From Eledone cirrhosa (taxonomy: Eukaryota): 64,000 bases of DNA. The notes beneath the pieces were generated by a model. It was not told the origin of the DNA. It was given only the letters and a program-made list of their open reading frames with translations, and did not search any database. Numbering within the stretch: the stretch's first letter is position 1; each line of letters begins with the position of its first letter. The stretch spans positions 124,001 through 188,000 of the forward strand of contig CAXHJY010000133.1 of NCBI GenBank assembly GCA_964016885.1, read 5' to 3'. This document shows positions 1 to 14,785 of this stretch, piece by piece. The position numbers and the translations under genes were made by a program.

Positions 1-50
1 CCTTGCAAGCAGGGAAAAGCGGACGTAAAATGATGATGATGATGATGATG
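1..50 (+). mobile_element. 3' terminus of another copy of the RTE LINE or its partner SINE
   Basis: ccttgcaagcagggaaaagcggacgtaaaa(tga)n is identical to the LINE end at 43449-43500. Confidence 0.85.
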
Positions 51-60
51 ATATATATAT

Positions 61-250
61 AATTGTTTCTACTTTTTGGCACAAGGCCAGCAATTATCTC
101 AGTGTATTACTGGTACTTTATTTTATCGACGCCGTAAGGATGAAAGGCAAAGTTAGCCTCGGCAAGATTTGAACTCAGTCCGTAAAGGGAAGTAACTCTT
201 TGCTGCAAAGCATGGCGTCCGACCCTCTACCAATACTGCCAATCCACCGC

Positions 251-253
<3 letters not shown>
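61..253 (-). mobile_element. Abundant tRNA-SINE family (core gcctttcatccttacggggtcgataaaataaagtaccag), representative copy
   Basis: B box GAGTTCAAATC on the minus strand. About 30 full or partial copies in the window, e.g. 9301, 31640, 31810, 46152, 60472. Confidence 0.85.
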
Positions 254-298
<45 letters not shown>

Positions 299-628
299 AT
301 ATAATATATATATATATATATATAACAAAAAGGGTGTGGTGAGATACCAGGTGGACCATAACGCACCAGAGTACTCAATACTTAAGGTAGTAGAGTGGGT
401 AATAGGAAAAGAGTCAGGACCCCGATGCGTGAGCTCCTGCCGTTTCGACAGCTAGATCCAGCTATCGAAACACCGGAACACAACCGCCGGGGACCTGACT
501 CTTTTCCTATATATATATATATACACGTAAGATATGGCAACATGAATGGATCTGTTATTTTTCTCTAAAAACTTTGTCTCCAATTCCGCCCCTGCCCATA
601 CCTTCAATTTTTATAATTTCTCGTTCTT

Positions 629-664
629 TCTTCTGATGAAGGACTAGCGTCCAAAACGTTAAGA
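629..664 (+). ncRNA. Minimal hammerhead motif with mutated core
   Basis: UCUU-CUGAUGA-A-GGAC(UAGC)GUCC-AAAA-CGUU-AAGA: stems I and II intact, GAAA changed to AAAA. Confidence 0.5.
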
Positions 665-891
665 CTCTCTTCCTGCTATTCCATACGTTAAACTAATATA
701 TTCCTTCCATATACTGTTCTCATTGTGTTGTTATTAAAACTGCACTATTCACAAGTGTTCTTTAACCTTCATATCATGTCTTCCTATTTTATCTGATGAA
801 AACACAAATGTTATTGCACGATGATATTTGTTTTTGAAATGCGCATAATAAAATACATGAACTCTTTTAACTATCTTTTGATCTTATATAT

Positions 892-932
<41 letters not shown>

Positions 933-968
933 TATATATATATGTACACATATATATATGTACACAAA

Positions 969-1009
<41 letters not shown>

Positions 1010-1032
1010 TATATACATATATATGTACACAT

Positions 1033-1097
<65 letters not shown>

Positions 1098-1132
1098 TGT
1101 ACATATATATATATATGTACACATATATATAT

Positions 1133-1166
<34 letters not shown>

Positions 1167-1199
1167 GTACACATATATATATATATGTACATATATATA

Positions 1200-1985
1200 A
1201 TGAAAAATTTGAACAGGGACAGAACAGAGAGGCAGTACAATAAATGTTTATTAAATTCACGCTCAGGAGAGTGGGGGGTAGGTGGGGGACGACGTTTCGG
1301 GCATAAGCCCTTCCTCAGGTGAGAAGTGTGTGGGAACAGAGTTCAAAAGGTGTGTAGGGGAGTGGTGGAGAGACATATAGCGAAAGGAAATGGTGCGAAT
1401 GAAAAATTAACAAATAAAGACAAAAAATATAAAAAATAAAAATAAAGCATGAACAAAATACAAGGAATGAGAAAATTTAAAAATAAAGGCATGATCAAAA
1501 TAAACTGAAATTAAAAGGGGGGTAAACAGGTGGTGGAAGGGTGTGGGGTGAGTAGGGGTGGTGGCGGGTGGAGTGGGGAGAGGGAGACGGGGTGTCCGAG
1601 CGGGGAGGGCTGAAGGTGGTGCGTGTGTGTAGGTGTGCGTGTGTGTGTGTGTATGTGAAAGTGAGGGTTGGGGGAAGAACGGGGTTGCATGTTCAGGAAG
1701 AGGTGTGCGTGGGGGGTGTTTTTGTGGGTCGGAGTGTCTGTGCATGTGTGGATAGGGGGGTGGGGGGAGAGGAATCAGGAGGCTGAGGGTGTAAATATGT
1801 GGTGGGAAGCACGTGTGTGTGGGGTTTAAGCGTGTTGTGGGTGTGGGTGGTGTGTGGAGAAAAAAATTTTTTTGGGGTGTGTGTGTGGGTGAGTTATATA
1901 GGTGATGACGTAAGAGGATGGTTGAAAAGTTGGTAAGTTCCACGGATGTTTGGAGATTTGGTTATAAGTCAATTTCGCGTGTGGG
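1200..1985 (-). mobile_element. Probable Penelope-like element 3'/pLTR remnant
   Basis: Minimal hammerhead motif at 1288-1322, followed by AATAAA and ending in (TA)n. No coding motif recognised. Confidence 0.5.
1288..1322 (-). ncRNA. Minimal type-I hammerhead ribozyme motif
   Basis: CUGAGGA-A-GGGC(UUAU)GCCC-GAAA-CGUC: intact core, 4-bp stem II, palindromic ACGU stem III, weak stem I. Confidence 0.6.
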
Positions 1986-2005
1986 TATGTACATATATAT
2001 ATATA

Positions 2006-2856
2006 TAGAAAAGAGGACAAAACCCTGATTCCGTCAGGGAAATGGCCATGTTCGATATGCAGAAAAGGAACTGGCATAAATTCTATAAAATGCACACAAT
2101 GCAGGTCCTGGGTACACAAGAGATGTAGCGGGATAGCAGGCAAACTAACAGGTAGGGAGAAATATGTATGCAGTAGATGTACAGGGAAATTAGACAGTAG
2201 AAGTCGCACTGATAGACACATTTTTCAAATGCGAGAGGGCGCTATAGAAGTGGTGGATAGCTTCCGGTACCTAGGAGATCAGATTAGCATGGGAGGAGGG
2301 TGTTCCGAGGCCATAGTATCTAGAATAAGGACGGGTTGGAAGAAGTTTAGGGAGCTGCTTCCTCTGTTGACGAAGAAGGGTTTCTCCCTGCGTACGAAAG
2401 GCCGGTTGTATGATGCCTGTGTGAGGAGCGCGATGCTGCATGGTAGTGAGACATGGGCAGCAACCGCAGAAGATATGCGACGGCTGGAGAGAAATGAGGC
2501 AAGCATGCTCCGTTGGATGTGCAGTGTAAATGTGCGTGAACGACCCAGCATAAATGTGTTGAGAGAGAAACTGTGTCTGAGAGGGATAGAATGTAGTGTA
2601 CGGGAGAGGAGACTGAGGTGGTATGGACATGTGATGCGCATGGAGGATGACCGATGGGTGAAGAAGTGCCAGGAAATGCCAGTTGAAGGAAGACGTGGTA
2701 GAGGTAGACCACAAAAAACATGGGCGGAGGTGGTGAGAACAGACCTCAGATCATTGAAGCTCACGGTGGAGATGACGAGGGACCGTGACGAGTGGAGAGA
2801 TGCTGTGCTGAATAAGACCCGTCCCACCCTTGCAAGCAGGGAAAAGCGGACGTAAA

Positions 2857-2885
<29 letters not shown>
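2006..2885 (+). mobile_element. 5'-truncated copy of the same RTE LINE
   Basis: Near-identical to 42627-43500 (about five substitutions seen by eye); (ATG)n tail; both ends abut (TA)n. Confidence 0.95.
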
Positions 2886-2887
<2 letters not shown>

Positions 2888-3315
2888 ATATATATATACA
2901 TTACACACACACACACATATATATATATACATACATATATATACAATATACAGGGTGTCCATAAAGTCTGTGTGCAATTTAAAGTATATATATATATCAT
3001 CATCATCATCATCATATATATACATATCATTAGTACAGATTAAAGTTTAAGCAAAGAATTTCTGTGAGATCTTCTGAAACTGCAAAAAACTAATCTGTAG
3101 ATGCCAAAGTAAATATTTCAAAAAAGTACGACCAAATATTGCCTTCAGGGTGAAAGCAGAAATTCTTTGCTTAAACTTTAATCTCTACTAATAATAAATA
3201 TTTGCTCTGCGGGTTTATATATACTTTTATATACAATACTTATAGAGACCTATTCAGATATTGGTCTTTGTATTTATATTTACTATATATATATATAGAT
3301 ACATATATATATATG

Positions 3316-3652
3316 TCATTTCATTTCATTTTATGTCCGCTTTTCCCCTGCTTGCAGGGGTGGGACGGGAACTGATTCTGGCTTGATTTCTACAGCTGGA
3401 TGCATTTCCTAACACCAACCTCATTTACAGTGAGTGCTGGGTGCTTTTTTGCCGTGGCACCTCCACGACCACTTTGCAGTGGAATGATATGGACCCCAGT
3501 CCCTATCATCTCATTTCTACAGCTGAGTAAACTGGAGCAATGTGAAATAAAGTGTCTTGCTCAAGGAAACAACACATCACCCGGTCTGAGAATTGAACTC
3601 ACAACCTTTCGATTGCAAGGCCAATGCTCTAACCACTAAGCCATGTGCCTCC
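3316..3652 (-). mobile_element. tRNA-SINE whose 3' tail matches the RTE LINE 3' end
   Basis: Head TGGCTTAGTGG...GAGTTCAATTC; tail cccgtcccaccc.tgcaagcaggg..aagcggac..aaaatga followed by (ATGAA)n. Confidence 0.85.
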
Positions 3653-4150
3653 AAGAAATCCCAGTGGAAGGAAGACACGAAAAACATAGGCAGAGGTGGT
3701 GAGAGCTGACCTCAGATCGCTGAAGCTCATGGAGGAGATGACGAAGTACCATGACGAGTGGAGAGATGCTGTGCTGAAAAGGACCCATGCCACCCTTGCA
3801 AGCAAGAAAAAGGCGGACATAAAATGATGATGATGATTATATCATCATCACCATTTAACACCCATTCTCTCTGCTAGCAAGTGTATATACACACATATAT
3901 TTCCATCAGATGTGTGGTTCAAGAAATTTTTCTTTCCGTTTTGTCTCCACTCTAAACCTCCTTTATGTCATAACCAAAAATAATGTCGTAATTATTCATA
4001 ATTATGAATTCTGTGACTTAGATTCTGTTGGAACGGGTTTATACTCACACATACATATATACATACATAAACACACACACACACAAATATATATATATAT
4101 ATACATACATGTTTAGATACATCCAACTATCCATCCATATATATATGCAA

Positions 4151-4201
<51 letters not shown>

Positions 4202-4379
4202 TATACACTTACACACATATATACACACATTCACATTTATATGCATCCATCCATTTATGCACCCATACACAAACATACAGACACATTTATACACATCTAT
4301 CCATCTATCCACTTACATATACATAAACACACACATATATACATACACATCTTTACACATCCATCTATCCACCAATACC

Positions 4380-4417
<38 letters not shown>

Positions 4418-4418
<1 letters not shown>

Positions 4419-5070
4419 TAGCCAAATTACCCGCACCTTGCTGCATTTCACGCATTTTTTTTGTAAGAAAATGATCATTGATTTTAAATCAGTGATATAA
4501 TTTTTGGAGAAAAACTCTGCATTTCAATATTACTCAATGTAAAATATAATGCATGACAAATTGGAAAACATTATTTTTTGTTATATATCAAATCAAAATT
4601 ACATTATTTTGTTTCTTGTAAATAATTTTTTTCAAAATATCAATTCAAAACTTTTGTGAATAGGCATCATATCTTGTCATTTACCTATGGCTTAAATTAC
4701 ATATAAATTGAAGGGAAAACATTTTCAGTGGGGGTTTCTGTCTCCGACGAACCCTAATAGGGGGTTTAACCCCAATTAGGGTGTCTTAATATTATTGAAA
4801 TTTGCTGAAATTTTGTGAATAGGCATCATATCTTGTCATTTACCTATGGTTTAAATTTCATATAAATCGAAGGGAAAACATTTTCAGCGGGGGTTTTGTG
4901 CCTCCGGGGAACCCTTTGATTAAAATGAAATATACTTATCCAAGTACCCTGGGCAATGTAGTTTCAGAATATATATGGTTATGGGGTCTATGTCCAAAAC
5001 CATAGGAGGAGTTTGTGAACAAACAAACAAACAAACAAACAGACAGGAACTACAACTTTATATATATAGA
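4418..5070 (-). mobile_element. Non-autonomous Helitron
   Basis: Minus-strand 5'-TC...CTAG-3' between A and T; GC-rich segment near the 3' end; (TTTG)n near the 5' end; internal ~165 bp duplication. Confidence 0.7.
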
Positions 5071-5186
5071 TATATATATATATATATATCATCATCATCA
5101 TCCGTTTAACGTCCATAGCATGGGTAGGACGGGTTGACAGTTTGGGAGAGAATCAAGTCTGAGAACTGCATTTCGCTCACCTGGGT

Positions 5187-5247
<61 letters not shown>

Positions 5248-5379
5248 CATATATATGCACACACACACACATACACACAAACATATACACATCCACCCAG
5301 CATACATATATATATGTGTATATACATATGCACACACACACACACACACATAGAGATTCCGCAACAAACATTTACACAA

Positions 5380-5418
<39 letters not shown>

Positions 5419-5509
5419 CACACAAATATATACAAATATATTCTTAGTTAAGAGTTTGACCTAAAAATTACATATTCTATACTGGCACCCCTCTCCCATT
5501 ACTGGGCAC

Positions 5510-6520
5510 TGCCACCATCACTACAACAACCTCATCTATTGCCAATGCTACTACTGCTGCCATCACCACCACCACTACTAATACCACTGCAACCTCCACC
5601 ACCACCACCACCACCACCATGGCCAACACCATTGTTGCCACTGATACCACAACTACTACCACCAACACAACCAGCACCACAACTACAACTATTGTCAACG
5701 CTACTACCGCTACCCGCGATCATCACCACCACCACTACTAATACCACTGCAACCTCCACCACCACCACCACCACCATGGCCAACACAACCAGCACCACAA
5801 CTACAACTATTGCCAACGCTACTACCGATACCTGCCATCACCACCACCACCACTACTAATACCACTGCAACCTCCACCACCACCACCACGGCCAACACCA
5901 TTGTTGCCACTGCTACCACAACTACTACCACAACCACCATCAACACAACCAGCACCACAACTACAACTATTGTCAACGCTACTACCGCTACCCGCCATCA
6001 CCACCACCACTACTAATACCACTGCAACCTCCACCACCACCACCACCACCACCATGGCCAACACCATTGTTGCCACTACTACCACAACTACTACCACAAC
6101 CACCATCAACACAACCAGCACCATAACTACAACTATTGCCAACGCTACTACCGCTACCCGCCATCACCACCACCACTACTAATACCACTGCAACCTCCAC
6201 CACCACCACCATGGCCAAGACCATTGTTGCCACTGCTACCACAACTACTACCACAATCAGCACCACAACTACAACTATTGCCAACGCTACTACCGCTACC
6301 GCCAGCCACCATCACCACCACCATGGCTAAGACCATCATTGCTACCACTACCACCACCATCAACACAACTAGCACCACCACCACCAATGCCACAGCCAAG
6401 ACCAAGACCATCATTGCGATCACAAATACCACCACAACTACCACCAACACCATCATTCCCACCATCATCATCACTAATTCTGCCTCTACCCCCACCACCA
6501 CCACTATCACCAGCATCTCA
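5510..6520. repeat. (CCA/CTA)-based minisatellite with a ~170-bp higher-order unit
   Basis: Recurrent ccactactaataccactgcaacctcc(acc)n atggccaacacc. Confidence 0.85.
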
Positions 6521-7242
6521 ACACCACCCCCATTTCATCCCCACTGCCATAAACCCCCACCCTGGACCATTACAGAAGGAGGAAGTACCAGTTCCTTTTG
6601 TGGTGCTTTGAACATCAAGAGAGAGGTGGTGGGGTCAGGATGGTGGTGGTGGGGTCCATGGTGGAGAGCTAGTTTGTGTGTGGTGGTGGAGGTAGGGGTC
6701 ATGGTGGTAGTGGTGGTGGAGGAAAGGGGTGAAGCACTTGTTTATGTGTGGTGGTGGGGTTTACAGAAGGGGTTGTTTTGTAGCAATTGCCCATGGGGAT
6801 GTTTAGGGTGGTGTAGCAGTAGGGTGTGTTTTTTTTAAAGGGGTGGAGTAAACACCTTACTTGAGAAATAAATGATGTGATTAAAGTCAGTTTTAATGTC
6901 AAAAGAAACTCATGTCCTGCTCCCCCCTACACCCCCATCCTACTATACCATCCACCATACAGTACCTCCCACACACATTCTCGCCCCAGTTCATATTCTA
7001 CTGTCACCCTACTGCTATAATTTGAAGGGAGTTTAATAACACAACAAACTTTCTCATTATTAATCCCCTTCAGTACTAACCCACTATGGTTATATAAAAC
7101 AATTTTTAAAAGTCACCCAATTTTAAAGTGTTCCTATTTGAATTATAAACTCCCAACATAATTTGATATAAGAACCTTTTGTTACAAATGAGAAGTGCTG
7201 AATATGAAATCAGACCAGAGAAACTATGTTTCCATAGGTCTT

Positions 7243-7860
7243 TCCATTGTTGATACTATCTGCCAGTCCCAACTCCTGGCAGAAGAAAGTAACTGATCAT
7301 CAGATCAAACAAAGGAAACAATGTCTCCATTGCTGATACTATCTGCCAGTCACAACTCCTGGCAGAAGAAAGGAACTGATCATCAGATCAAACAAAGGAA
7401 ACAATGTCTCCATTGCTGATACTATCTGCCAGTCACAACTCCTGGCAGAAGAAAGGAACTGATCATCAGATCAAACAAAGGAAACAATGTCTCCATTGCT
7501 GATACTATCTGCCAGTCACAACTCCTGGCAGAAGAAAGAAACTGATCATCAGATCAAACAAAGGAAACAATGTCTCCATTGCTGATACTATCTGCCAGTC
7601 ACAACTCCGGGCAGAAGAAAGGAACTGATCATCAGATCAAACAAAGGAAACAATGTCTCCATTGCTGATACTATCTGACAGTCACAACTCCTGGCAGAAG
7701 AAAGGAACTGATCATCAGATCAAACAAAGGAAACAATGTCTCCATTGCTGATACTATCTGCCAGTCACAACTCCTGGCAGAAGAAAGGAACTGACCGGCC
7801 CAAAGAAACAATCTTTCCATTGCTGATACTGTCTATTGGTTACAAATCCTGGTAGAAGGG
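7243..7860. repeat. 83-bp tandem repeat, about 7 near-identical copies
   Basis: Unit starts at 7243, 7326, 7409, 7492 and so on; each contains the hairpin TCTGCCAG-N9-CTGGCAGA. Confidence 0.92.
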
Positions 7861-7934
7861 GCAACATGAAATAAAGTATGTTACTCAAGAGTACAAAATA
7901 CTTTTAAGAGTTTTAAGAAAGAAAGTCAACCTAC

Positions 7935-8656
7935 CTTGACGGTGAGTTTGGTATAGAACTATCGTAATATCCTTGGTATTGGATTAAATTGTCATTTTGG
8001 TACCTCGACGACTGCGGCGATGATGTAGGTCCAGGCTGAGGAGCGTGCGGCTCCTTTCTCGATTGGCGTGCCAGCGGAGAGAGGTGTCGTCCGATCTCGA
8101 GAGTCGGCCGCCAATGTTGCTGGTCACTGGCATTATTATTACCTCCGCCGCCAACACCACCAGTGTTGTTGTTGTTGTTCGGCGGACAGCCAGCTGGTAT
8201 ATAAGGTTCTTCCAATGAGGAAGAGGAGTGTTTCCCATGACCTTCCAATGTGTATAAATTCTGCAGAGACGTGCTATCCGTCTCTGGGAAGCTTTGCTGC
8301 TTGACGAGTGGCGAGGTCTGGGGGCAGTGCACGCTCGACCGGTAGCCGTAGTACGAAGCGTCACACGACAGAGCTCGGCTATAACCATTGTAGCTTTTTT
8401 TTATATCAAACGCTGCTCCGCTGAGTGGCCTCTGGCCCTTTGTCTTCGGAGAGCCCTCTCTCCGTCGTGCATTGTACGGATGGACAGATTGTCTGAGAGG
8501 GACGTGGCAACTTGACGGTGAAGACAAATGATCGTCGTCATCGGTGGACGACAAATTCTGCAATGAGGAACGCTGTATGCTGGTCTTACTGTGACCATTT
8601 CTGTCAATTGGTAGGGCTGGAAGTGGCCTGTTTTGGATACTGGACAGTTTCGTCGG
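7935..8656 (-). CDS. SH2D5: Exon F: disordered Ser/Pro-rich region (PTKLSSIQNRPLPALP...PNSPSR)
   Basis: tttttctgcag acceptor and AAG|gtaggt donor; 722 nt, GC-richer than its flanks, phase 0/2. No later exon was found, so the expected SH2 exons probably lie left of the window. Confidence 0.8.
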
Positions 8657-8824
8657 CTGCAGAAAAACAGTAAAAAATAGAGAAAGTGAGAGGTGATATA
8701 TATATATATTATATATATATGTGCGTGTGTATATAATATAACATATATATGCATATAGTAAATATATATATATACATACACACACATATATATATATACA
8801 GACCCACACACACATATATATATA

Positions 8825-9188
8825 CAGTGCATCTTCGCTTCTCTGGATATCGCTTTTCCGAAATTCGATTTACCGGACGGCTATTTCTATACTTCTATTT
8901 ATTCAAGTACTAACTTTTTATGGTTTGACTCAATTCAGTTTTACCCAGATTTTAGTTATTCTTATATTTGTTTAATTAATTTTCTTATAAATTCTAGCTG
9001 TTCTTTTGTTATTCTAATAAACTTTCTTTACTTAGTCTTTTATTTTGACTAAAAGAAGCCAAAACATTAGAAACCACCAGCATTATGTAACAATGGGATT
9101 TTAGAATTCACTTATCCAGATATTTCACTTAACCGGATCTTTTTCTAACTGTTTGGTTTTGACCGTCTGGATAAGCGAATATTCACTG
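8825..9188. mobile_element. Tc1/mariner (Tigger/pogo-like) MITE
   Basis: Imperfect TIRs CAGTGCATCTTCGCTT / AAGCGAATATTCACTG with TA TSD. Confidence 0.75.
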
Positions 9189-10895
9189 TATATATAGCCA
9201 TCAGGCCCCGACTCTATTATATACATATACACACACACACACATATATATACTCACATATAGATATATATGTCTTTTTTCCTTTCACCTCTTTTTACAAA
9301 TAATTGTTTCTACTTTTGGCACAAGGCCAGTAATTACCCAGTGCATTACTGGTACTTTATTTTATCGACCCCGTAAGGATGAAAGGCAAAGTTAACCTCG
9401 GCGAGATTTGAACTCAGAATGGCAAGGGCCGTAACTATGCGTCAAAGCATGGCGTCCGACTCTCTATCGATACTGCCAATCCCCCCTTCTTTTTACAAAT
9501 AATGTAGTCCTAGATGAACTATAGTTGAAAGGCACATTAGATAATGTAGTCCTAGATACACTATGGCTGTAAGACACATTAGATGATATAGTCAGAGATA
9601 CACTATACTTGAAAGACATTAGAAAATGTAGTCATAGATATACTTGTTATACACACACATATATATACTCACATATAGATATATATGTCTTTTCTCCTTT
9701 CACCTCTTTTTACAAATAATTGTTTATACTTTAGGCACAAGGCCAGCAATTATCCAGTGCATTACTGGTACTTTATTTTATATACTGTCTCAAAGACACA
9801 TTAGATAATGTAGCCATAGATACACTGCGGCTCAGTGACACATTAGATAATGTAGTCCTAGGTACACTATGTCAGAAATGAAGAAAAATCGGGATGGTCA
9901 TGGCGAGAATGCCTTTGTCCCGTAGCTGTTCAGCTTAATCAGAACCTACCCATGTCTAAACAAAGACAAAACATGACTGAAAATAAAGATCCGTTCCGCC
10001 ACATAGTGATACAAGGGAGGCAACTCCAGCAGCTTAACATCCCGCTCTCACACACTGTATTTTTTTATCTTCTGATATTGGTTTCAATCGAACCTTTTAG
10101 AGGAAGATGTTTATATTAATACATCTGCCATGTATTTCATTGAAATCTATTTGTCAAAACTGCTAATCTACATGAAATAAAGAAACAGTAAACACACAAA
10201 CACACACATATATATATATATGTATGTATATAGAGGGTGTCTCTAAAAAATATATACACACTTTGATTACCTGTACAGGTAATATTTATAAGAATGCTGC
10301 AGAAGTGTGTATACATTCTGGGGGAATACTCTGTACATTTGTGTGTGCGTTTTCCATATTATTATACTATAGAGTGCTCAACCGGCATACAGCCTATGGA
10401 CGCATCCAAGTAACCTTACTACAAATATATATATATGAAATTTATGAGAATCCTTTTAGTCAGAATAATAGGGCTTAAAAACCGTCTTAACAGAATTAAA
10501 ATTACATAAACTACAGAAATACAATGGAAGGTATACACAGTTGGACGTATTGTTTATTGGGGACATAAACAACTGCCACCGCTTACGACGTTGTGGTGTC
10601 TCGTATACACAACATAGACACATACTACATACACACATATAGTACATACTTTACATACATACTTATACATACACACATATATATATATATACACACACAC
10701 AAACATATATATATACGCAATAATACACACACATATATATGTATACACACACATATGTATATAAACACACACACATATAAATATATATGTATACACACAC
10801 ACATATATATATGTATATACACACATATATATGTGTAAATATTTATATTGTTATACATTGGGAAGGTCATGCTGTCAATACAAAAACGAAATATA

Positions 10896-10932
<37 letters not shown>

Positions 10933-11404
10933 TATATAATATATGTATATTGTTATACTTTGGGATGGTCATGCTGCCAAGTGACGAAGGGTCGCGAAGT
11001 GTGGAGAGATGCTGTGCTGAAAGGAACCCGTCCAAAGGCATGCAAGCTTGGGAAAACGGACGTAAAAACGATGACGATGGTGATTATATATGTGTACGTG
11101 TGTGTATGTATGATGGGCGTCCGTGTAGTTGGTGTGTATGACTACACTTTTTATCACAAAACACAACAAAAAGATTAATACACTTCCTTAAGATGACGTG
11201 CCGTGGGACTGAACTCAGAGCCACGTAGGGTTGTAAAGTTTATTCGGTGGCACATTTTCGTTTCTGGGGCGATTATATATATTTATATAAGGCGACGAAT
11301 TAGCAGAGTCATTAGAAAAACGGATAGAATACTTTGCAGCATTCGTTCCGGCTCTCTGCTGTCCGAGTTCAAATCCCATTGGAGTCAACTTTATCTCTCA
11401 TGTA

Positions 11405-11439
<35 letters not shown>

Positions 11440-11529
11440 TGTAATAAACAACATATTACATAACTGTTAAGCTCTGTAAACTACATAGAGTACTCTTTTT
11501 TCCTGGACCTTTCCAACGGAATTACTTCA

Positions 11530-12991
<1,462 letters not shown>

Positions 12992-13439
12992 GGTAATCAT
13001 TCTGTCATTACCATAACAGAAGTCCGTGAGCTTTTGTTTCCAGAGTGAGGCCCGATCGATACGGATTGAACCATGAGCTGATCAATTACAAACCGCATGT
13101 CACACCTCAATAAATGTAATGAAAATTGAACACCTCGTCCATATTACTATTATTGTTAATATTATTATTATATATATATATATGTGTGTGTTGTATTTCC
13201 ATCGAAAAAGTAAAGGAAAGAAGAGTGCTCTATGTATAGTAGAGCTATTTACTTAATTAATTAATTAAATATATATACATACATCATCATCATCATCGTC
13301 GTCGTTTAATGTCCACTTTCCTTGCTAGCAAGGGTTGGCAGGGTCTACATAGAGCAAGTCAATACTGAAGCGGGGCTACTGACCTCCCAGATAGGTAGGA
13401 GATGGGGGTGTCTGCATCACACTTACGGTCTTACGTTCT

Positions 13440-14060
13440 ACCGAGTGCAGAGGGGAGGTTTTCATGTCTTTGACACAACTGAAGGGTCCTCCCAACCCTT
13501 TTTTGGCAAGCTTTCCAAGGCTGGATGCCCTTCCTATCACCAACCACTTTACAGAGTGTACTGGGTGCATTTATCATATAGATCACCAGCACTAGAGAGG
13601 CCATCATATCTTTGACACAAACTGAAGGGACCTCCTAACCCTTTGTTTGGAAAGCTTTCTACAGCTGGATGCCCTTCCTATCACCAACCACTTTACAGAG
13701 TGTACTGGGTGCTTTTATCGTGTAGATCACCAACACTAGGGAGGTTGTCATGTCCTTGATATGACTGAGGGGTTCTCCCAACCCTTTGTTTGGCAAGCTT
13801 TCTACAGCTGGATGCCCATCCTATCACCAACCACTTTACACAGTATACCGGGTGCGTTTATCACCAACACTAGAGAGATTGTCATGTTCTTCATATGACT
13901 GAGGGGTCCTCCCAACCCCTTGTTTGGCAAGCTTTTCACAGCTGGATGTCCTTCCTAACACCAACCACATTACAGCAGGTACTGGGTCCATTTATCGTGT
14001 AGATCACCAACATTAGAGAGGTTGTCATATCCTTGACACAAACTGAAGGGTCTTTCCACT
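13440..14060. repeat. ~120-bp tandem repeat, about 5 copies, related to RTE-UTR/SINE sequence
   Basis: Repeated ctggatgcccttccta.caccaaccactttacagagtgtactgggtgc. Confidence 0.82.
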
Positions 14061-14141
14061 CCAGTTGTGTTAAAGAAATGACAACCATCCTCCTGTGTAC
14101 TCGATAGAACATATGTACAAATGACACACATACAAGATTAA

Positions 14142-14785
14142 CCCTTTAGCATTTAAACCGGCTGTATCTGGCCAGAATTCTCTCACCTCTTTCTGCCCGA
14201 ACAGGCTGTAACCAGCCACTCATACTGATGTTAAGATATTTTTCTCAAAATAAATAATATCAAAATCTCATAGTTTCGATATTATGTGAGATAATTATGT
14301 GAGGTAAAGCATTTACCATGAAAATATAGTAGTAAATATAGAGTAATGTAAATGCTAAAGGTTAAAACCAATCATATCTGGCCAGTATTCTCTCAGCTCT
14401 TTCTGCTCAAACAGGCTGTAACCAGCTACTCATACTCATGTTAACCCTTTAGCATTTAAACTGGCCATATCCAGCCAGAATTCTCTCACCTCTTTGTGTT
14501 CAAACTGACCATAACTGGCCACTCATTCTGATATTAAGTTATTGTTCTCAAAATAAATAATATCAAAATCTCATAAATTCGATATTATGTGAGATGATTA
14601 TGTGAGGTAAAGCCTTTACCATGAAAATACAGTAGTACATATAGAGTAATGTAAATGCTAAAGGGTTAAGGTATTTTTCTCAAAATAAATATCAAAATCT
14701 CAGTTTCGATATTATGTGAGATAATTATGTTAGAGATAAAGCCTTTACCATGAAAATATAGAGTAATGTAAAAGCTAAAAGGTTA
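14142..14785. mobile_element. Nested or tandem piggyBac-type MITEs
   Basis: TTAA-CCCTTTAGCATTTA...TAAATGCTAAAGGG-TTAA; cleanest copy 14445-14665. Confidence 0.8.

Noticed and set aside
6550-6630. Unique island between CCA and GGT tracts as the next (SH2) exon
   Set aside because: No good acceptor/donor pair in phase 2 and no SH2 motif.
5477-6838. Thr-rich mucin-like ORFs
   Set aside because: Trinucleotide minisatellite open in many frames; units shift frame and there is no splice support.
7243-7860. CRISPR-like array or tandem hammerheads (CTGATGA in each unit on the minus strand)
   Set aside because: Units are identical with no unique spacers, the context is eukaryotic with no cas genes, and no GAAA/stem II is correctly placed.
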